64,000 nucleotides of DNA. Source: Candidatus Cloacimonadota bacterium. GTDB taxonomy: Bacteria > Cloacimonadota > Cloacimonadia > JGIOTU-2. The notes beneath the pieces were generated by a model. The model saw nothing but the letters and a program-made list of their open reading frames with translations, had not been told where the DNA came from and did no database searches. The position numbers and the translations under genes were made by a program. The DNA lies in NCBI GenBank assembly GCA_049903315.1, contig JBNGBT010000012.1, positions 26,556 through 90,555 on the forward strand, in the 5' to 3' direction. Positions within the stretch are counted from its first letter, which is position 1. Every line of letters starts with the position of its first letter. Below, one piece after another: positions 60,256-64,000 of the stretch.

Positions 60256-60512
60256 TTGACATAAATTATTTTATTTATTGCTTTCTACAAAAGGTTTATT
60301 ATGGAAAAGAAAAATAAATTCGGGTTTTTTATACATTACACTATTCTCTTACCCCCCCCCCTATGCCATAAGGTACATATTTGGCGTAAGTTATGAAAAT
60401 TCTAATAGGAATTATAGACCTGAATACAAAGAACATTTTACAACAAATATCGTTTGCAAAAATAAGTTTACATAACCATTCCCTGTCTGTGAAGTTCCCG
60501 AAGCAGGCAGGG
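60256..60512 (+). promoter_or_regulatory. Leader with TTGACA box, poly-C10 leader ORF and hairpin (copy 2)
   Basis: TTGACA 60256-60261; RBS AAAGG; ORF from 60301 MEKKNKFGFFIHYTILLPPPLCHKVHIWRKL*; C10 at 60352-60361; hairpin 60481-60512. Confidence 0.7.
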
Positions 60513-60657
60513 TATTCGTGAGGTTTTTCCTTCTATGATTAAAGCTGTGGGTAGAAAATGAGACGGGGGAACTAACTTCTTATATTGTAGTTTAAAAGAC
60601 TCTAGGATATAAGAAGGACATTCTCACTGGGGTAAATTAAAAGAATTAGGAGATAAA

Positions 60658-60990
60658 ATGATAAAAAAAATTGCAATAATCGCAATATTAGCGACAATTC
60701 TCATTGGTGGAAATTTATTTGCTGGTGATAAAGATCCGCTTATTATACATGTAGTTGCACAACAAGAAGTTGACTGGGAACTTAGGATATGGGATGGAGT
60801 ACAGTTTCCATGGAAAATACCAGGTTATGGAACGATGGATAAAAATGCAGATGGTTGTCAGGGTGATTATTATCAAATGTGGGCTTTAGATGAAACGGTC
60901 TTAGTTGAATCTGGATATCTACCTAATTCAGACTGGTTTGAAATTGTTATACCATTGACTGTACCGGGCGAAGAAGATCCGGAACAATAA
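60658..60990 (+). CDS. Small secreted hypothetical protein
   Basis: RBS AGGAG; signal peptide; followed by hairpin ATGGGTGGAG/CTCCACCCAT. Confidence 0.65.
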   Translation: MIKKIAIIAILATILIGGNLFAGDKDPLIIHVVAQQEVDWELRIWDGVQFPWKIPGYGTMDKNADGCQGDYYQMWALDETVLVESGYLPNSDWFEIVIPLTVPGEEDPEQ

Positions 60991-61051
60991 AAATAAAAAC
61001 ATAATGGGTGGAGGGGATACTCTCCACCCATAAATAATAAAGGAAGATAAA

Positions 61052-63108
61052 ATGAAATATAAATTAACATTAATTTGCATTATAATGCTATTATTTCAAA
61101 TAAGATGTTTTGCACAGAACCCGACACTCGAAAAAATTGTTGAATACCCAACAGGCGGCGTTTATTTGGAAAAGGACAATCTATGTGTACAAGATAACTA
61201 TCTCTTTGCAGCTTCGAGTTATGGACTTGAAATTTACGAGGTTGAAGAGGATGAGCAGGCACAGCTTATAAGCAGATTACCTCTCCGTGATGACGCGAGA
61301 ACGATAGCAATAAAGGATCAGTACGCCTATGTTCAAGCAGTATCTTATTATGAGAATCACACAAATCTATATCAAATCGATATTTCAGATATTAACAATC
61401 CATATATTGCGGATAGTGTCTTTACAAACGATGAAAACGGTTTTGGGCAGGGAGATATTTATAATGATTTTATAATGTTTAGAAATTATGACATAGACTA
61501 TAATTTCTATTACAGTATTTACAGAATACCCGAATTTGAATTTGTTCAAAATTACTATTGTAGTAATCATTTCATACAACTTAATGATAGTCTTGCATTG
61601 TATAGATACAATGGGAACATATTCACTCTTTATGATTTCAGCGACCTGGAAAACATTACTGAAATAGGACAAGTTGACTTAACAGCCGGAGGTATCCCTA
61701 TAGATGAAATTCAAGCTGTTAATGATTCAATAATTGCATGTATTGATTTTGAAGGAATTGCTTTCTGGAATTATTCAGACAATAGAAGCTGGCAATATCT
61801 TTCAACAATTTATTCACCTTCAAATGAAAATTGGTCAGGTAAGATCTATGCAGTAGATGACTTTATATTTGTAAGTTATTCATCTAACAACCCAGGGATG
61901 AAGTGTATAAATATTACAGATATCTACAATCCTTATATAGTAGATTCAATACTTCTAAATCCATATTGGTATTATATGACAGGATCTCCAATTGTTGGAG
62001 CATCAAACTCAGCATTTATAGGAACCTATCAAAAGATACATCAGTTTAATTTTGATAATGGTTATTTTGAAGAACAGTATGATATCTATTCAAACTATCT
62101 TCAAAGAGGAGGGGTAATTTATGAGAATTATTTATTTGTCTCTTATGTATATGGCTTGAAAATATATGATATTTCGACACTCCCTGATATTATCTTCATT
62201 GATTCAATGTATGATGAGGTTGAAACTACTACTCTTTTTTTAAGAGATAATTTATTATTCTTTGTTGATTTTACTAACTATAAAATTATCGTATTAGATA
62301 TATCAACACCAGAAACACCTTTGTTAAGAAATGAAATACCGATACCAATGTCAAATGGTGACTTGTTGATTGATGAAGAATATGAGTCGATATATTATAA
62401 AGAACATTATCCTGGTAACACATTAATAAAATACAGTATACCTGAACCAAACGATTATACAGTAGATTTTCAATATAATTTAGGTTGTACGGGCAATGGT
62501 TTTATTTATAATGATCATTTTTATTATTTAGCAGGGAATAATACAAATGGACCTGACCTACAAATATATGGAGAACTTGAAGAAAATAATCCTGAATTGA
62601 TATATACTATAACAGATTTTGCAGAAGGATATATGGATTATCCAAATGCTTACATAATATCGAAAATGCATCGGGAATGATAGAACCAATCGCTGATTAC
62701 AGTGACTATGGGTTTTCACAATATTGTATAATCAATGAAAGTAACGAGAATAAATATCTCTATCATTTTCAAGGCCCGGGATTTTCTATTTATGAAATAG
62801 AGGGATATGGCACTGATCCCGAACCGGAATTTCCCGAGCAATATTTTACCATCTACCCCAATCCATTTTCTAATACGATAACATTCTCATTTAAAAACAA
62901 AAATTTTTGTGAATTTTCAAAAATAAGAATTTATAATGTAAAAGGACAATTAGTCCGTGCATTGCGCTTTGACGCTTCTTCGCCACTTCACTCTATCAAA
63001 GTAAGTTGGGATGGAAAGGATGAGTATGGCAATGATGTAAAAAGCGGAGTATATTTTTATAAAATTGATAATGATGATGACCATATTGGGAAGGTAGTGA
63101 AGTTATAG
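61052..63108 (+). pseudogene. LVIVD-repeat secreted protein with CTD, split into two frames (61052-62680 and 62677-63108)
   Basis: Signal peptide and (L/I)xIxDIS repeats in ORF1; CTD only in ORF2, which has no signal peptide; frame change near 62655. Confidence 0.65.
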
Positions 63109-63189
63109 CTTGTTAATAAAGAGTCTACTCGATTTTCTTGTAGCATAATATTTTACATTAGGTATAATAAAAACAAAAGGGCAGCAAAA

Positions 63190-63309
63190 TGATTGGCTGC
63201 GACCTACTCTTCCACACAGTTTCCCATGCAGTACCATCAGCGCACGTGTGCTTAACTTCTGTGTTCGGGATGGGAACAGGTGTGACCACACTGCTATAAC
63301 AACCAATCA
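63190..63309 (-). rRNA. rrf: 5S rRNA
   Basis: CACCTGTTCCCATCCCGAACACAGAAGTTAAG...GATGGTACTG...GAGTAGGTCG; terminal helix TGATTGG/CCAATCA. Confidence 0.96.
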
Positions 63310-63364
63310 TTTCACTGCCCATATAAAAATAGGTAGTGATTAAAGTAAGAGATAAAAAGAGAAA

Positions 63365-64000
<636 letters not shown>

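Noticed and set aside
60278..60475. 65-aa TTG-start ORF as an independent gene
   Set aside because: It starts about 17 nt after the -35 box with no RBS; better read as the +1 frame of the leader starting at ATG 60301, although its being open upstream of the tract is a caveat
62678..62680. Selenocysteine or stop-codon readthrough joining the split gene
   Set aside because: The downstream ORF is in a different frame, so TGA readthrough would not fuse them

Overview
An AT-rich bacterial chromosome segment, mostly housekeeping and metabolic genes, ending in the 3' part of an rRNA operon (23S, 5S; minus strand). The gene mix suggests an anaerobic amino-acid fermenter, most likely Candidatus Cloacimonetes; this is an inference from six large secreted proteins with a YPNPF...YNxKGQ...WDGxD...GxYxYK C-terminal domain (CTD), a gingipain-like C25 peptidase and a citrate-lyase ACP-beta fusion. 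Recognisable genes include gcvT, gcvH, pyk, rocD plus saccharopine-pathway genes, folP-dacA-coaE, nusB, citF, an MNT-HEPN toxin-antitoxin pair, an ECF sigma module, tRNA-Lys(CTT) and an IS200-like HUH transposase flanked by four hairpins. The strongest unexplained signal is a leader architecture found twice (about 42.8-43.07 kb minus and 60.25-60.51 kb plus), each time upstream of secreted-protein genes. It runs: TTGACA box, RBS, short leader ORF containing a poly-C tract, an alternative +1 frame that stays open to a shared KNKF motif, then a hairpin with a GT(T)TCCCG loop. This looks like a phase-variable or frameshift-controlled leader switch. A second signal is that the genome's non-coding repeat families sit in-frame inside two variable loops of the secretion CTDs. 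No CRISPR array, prophage or integrase was seen.
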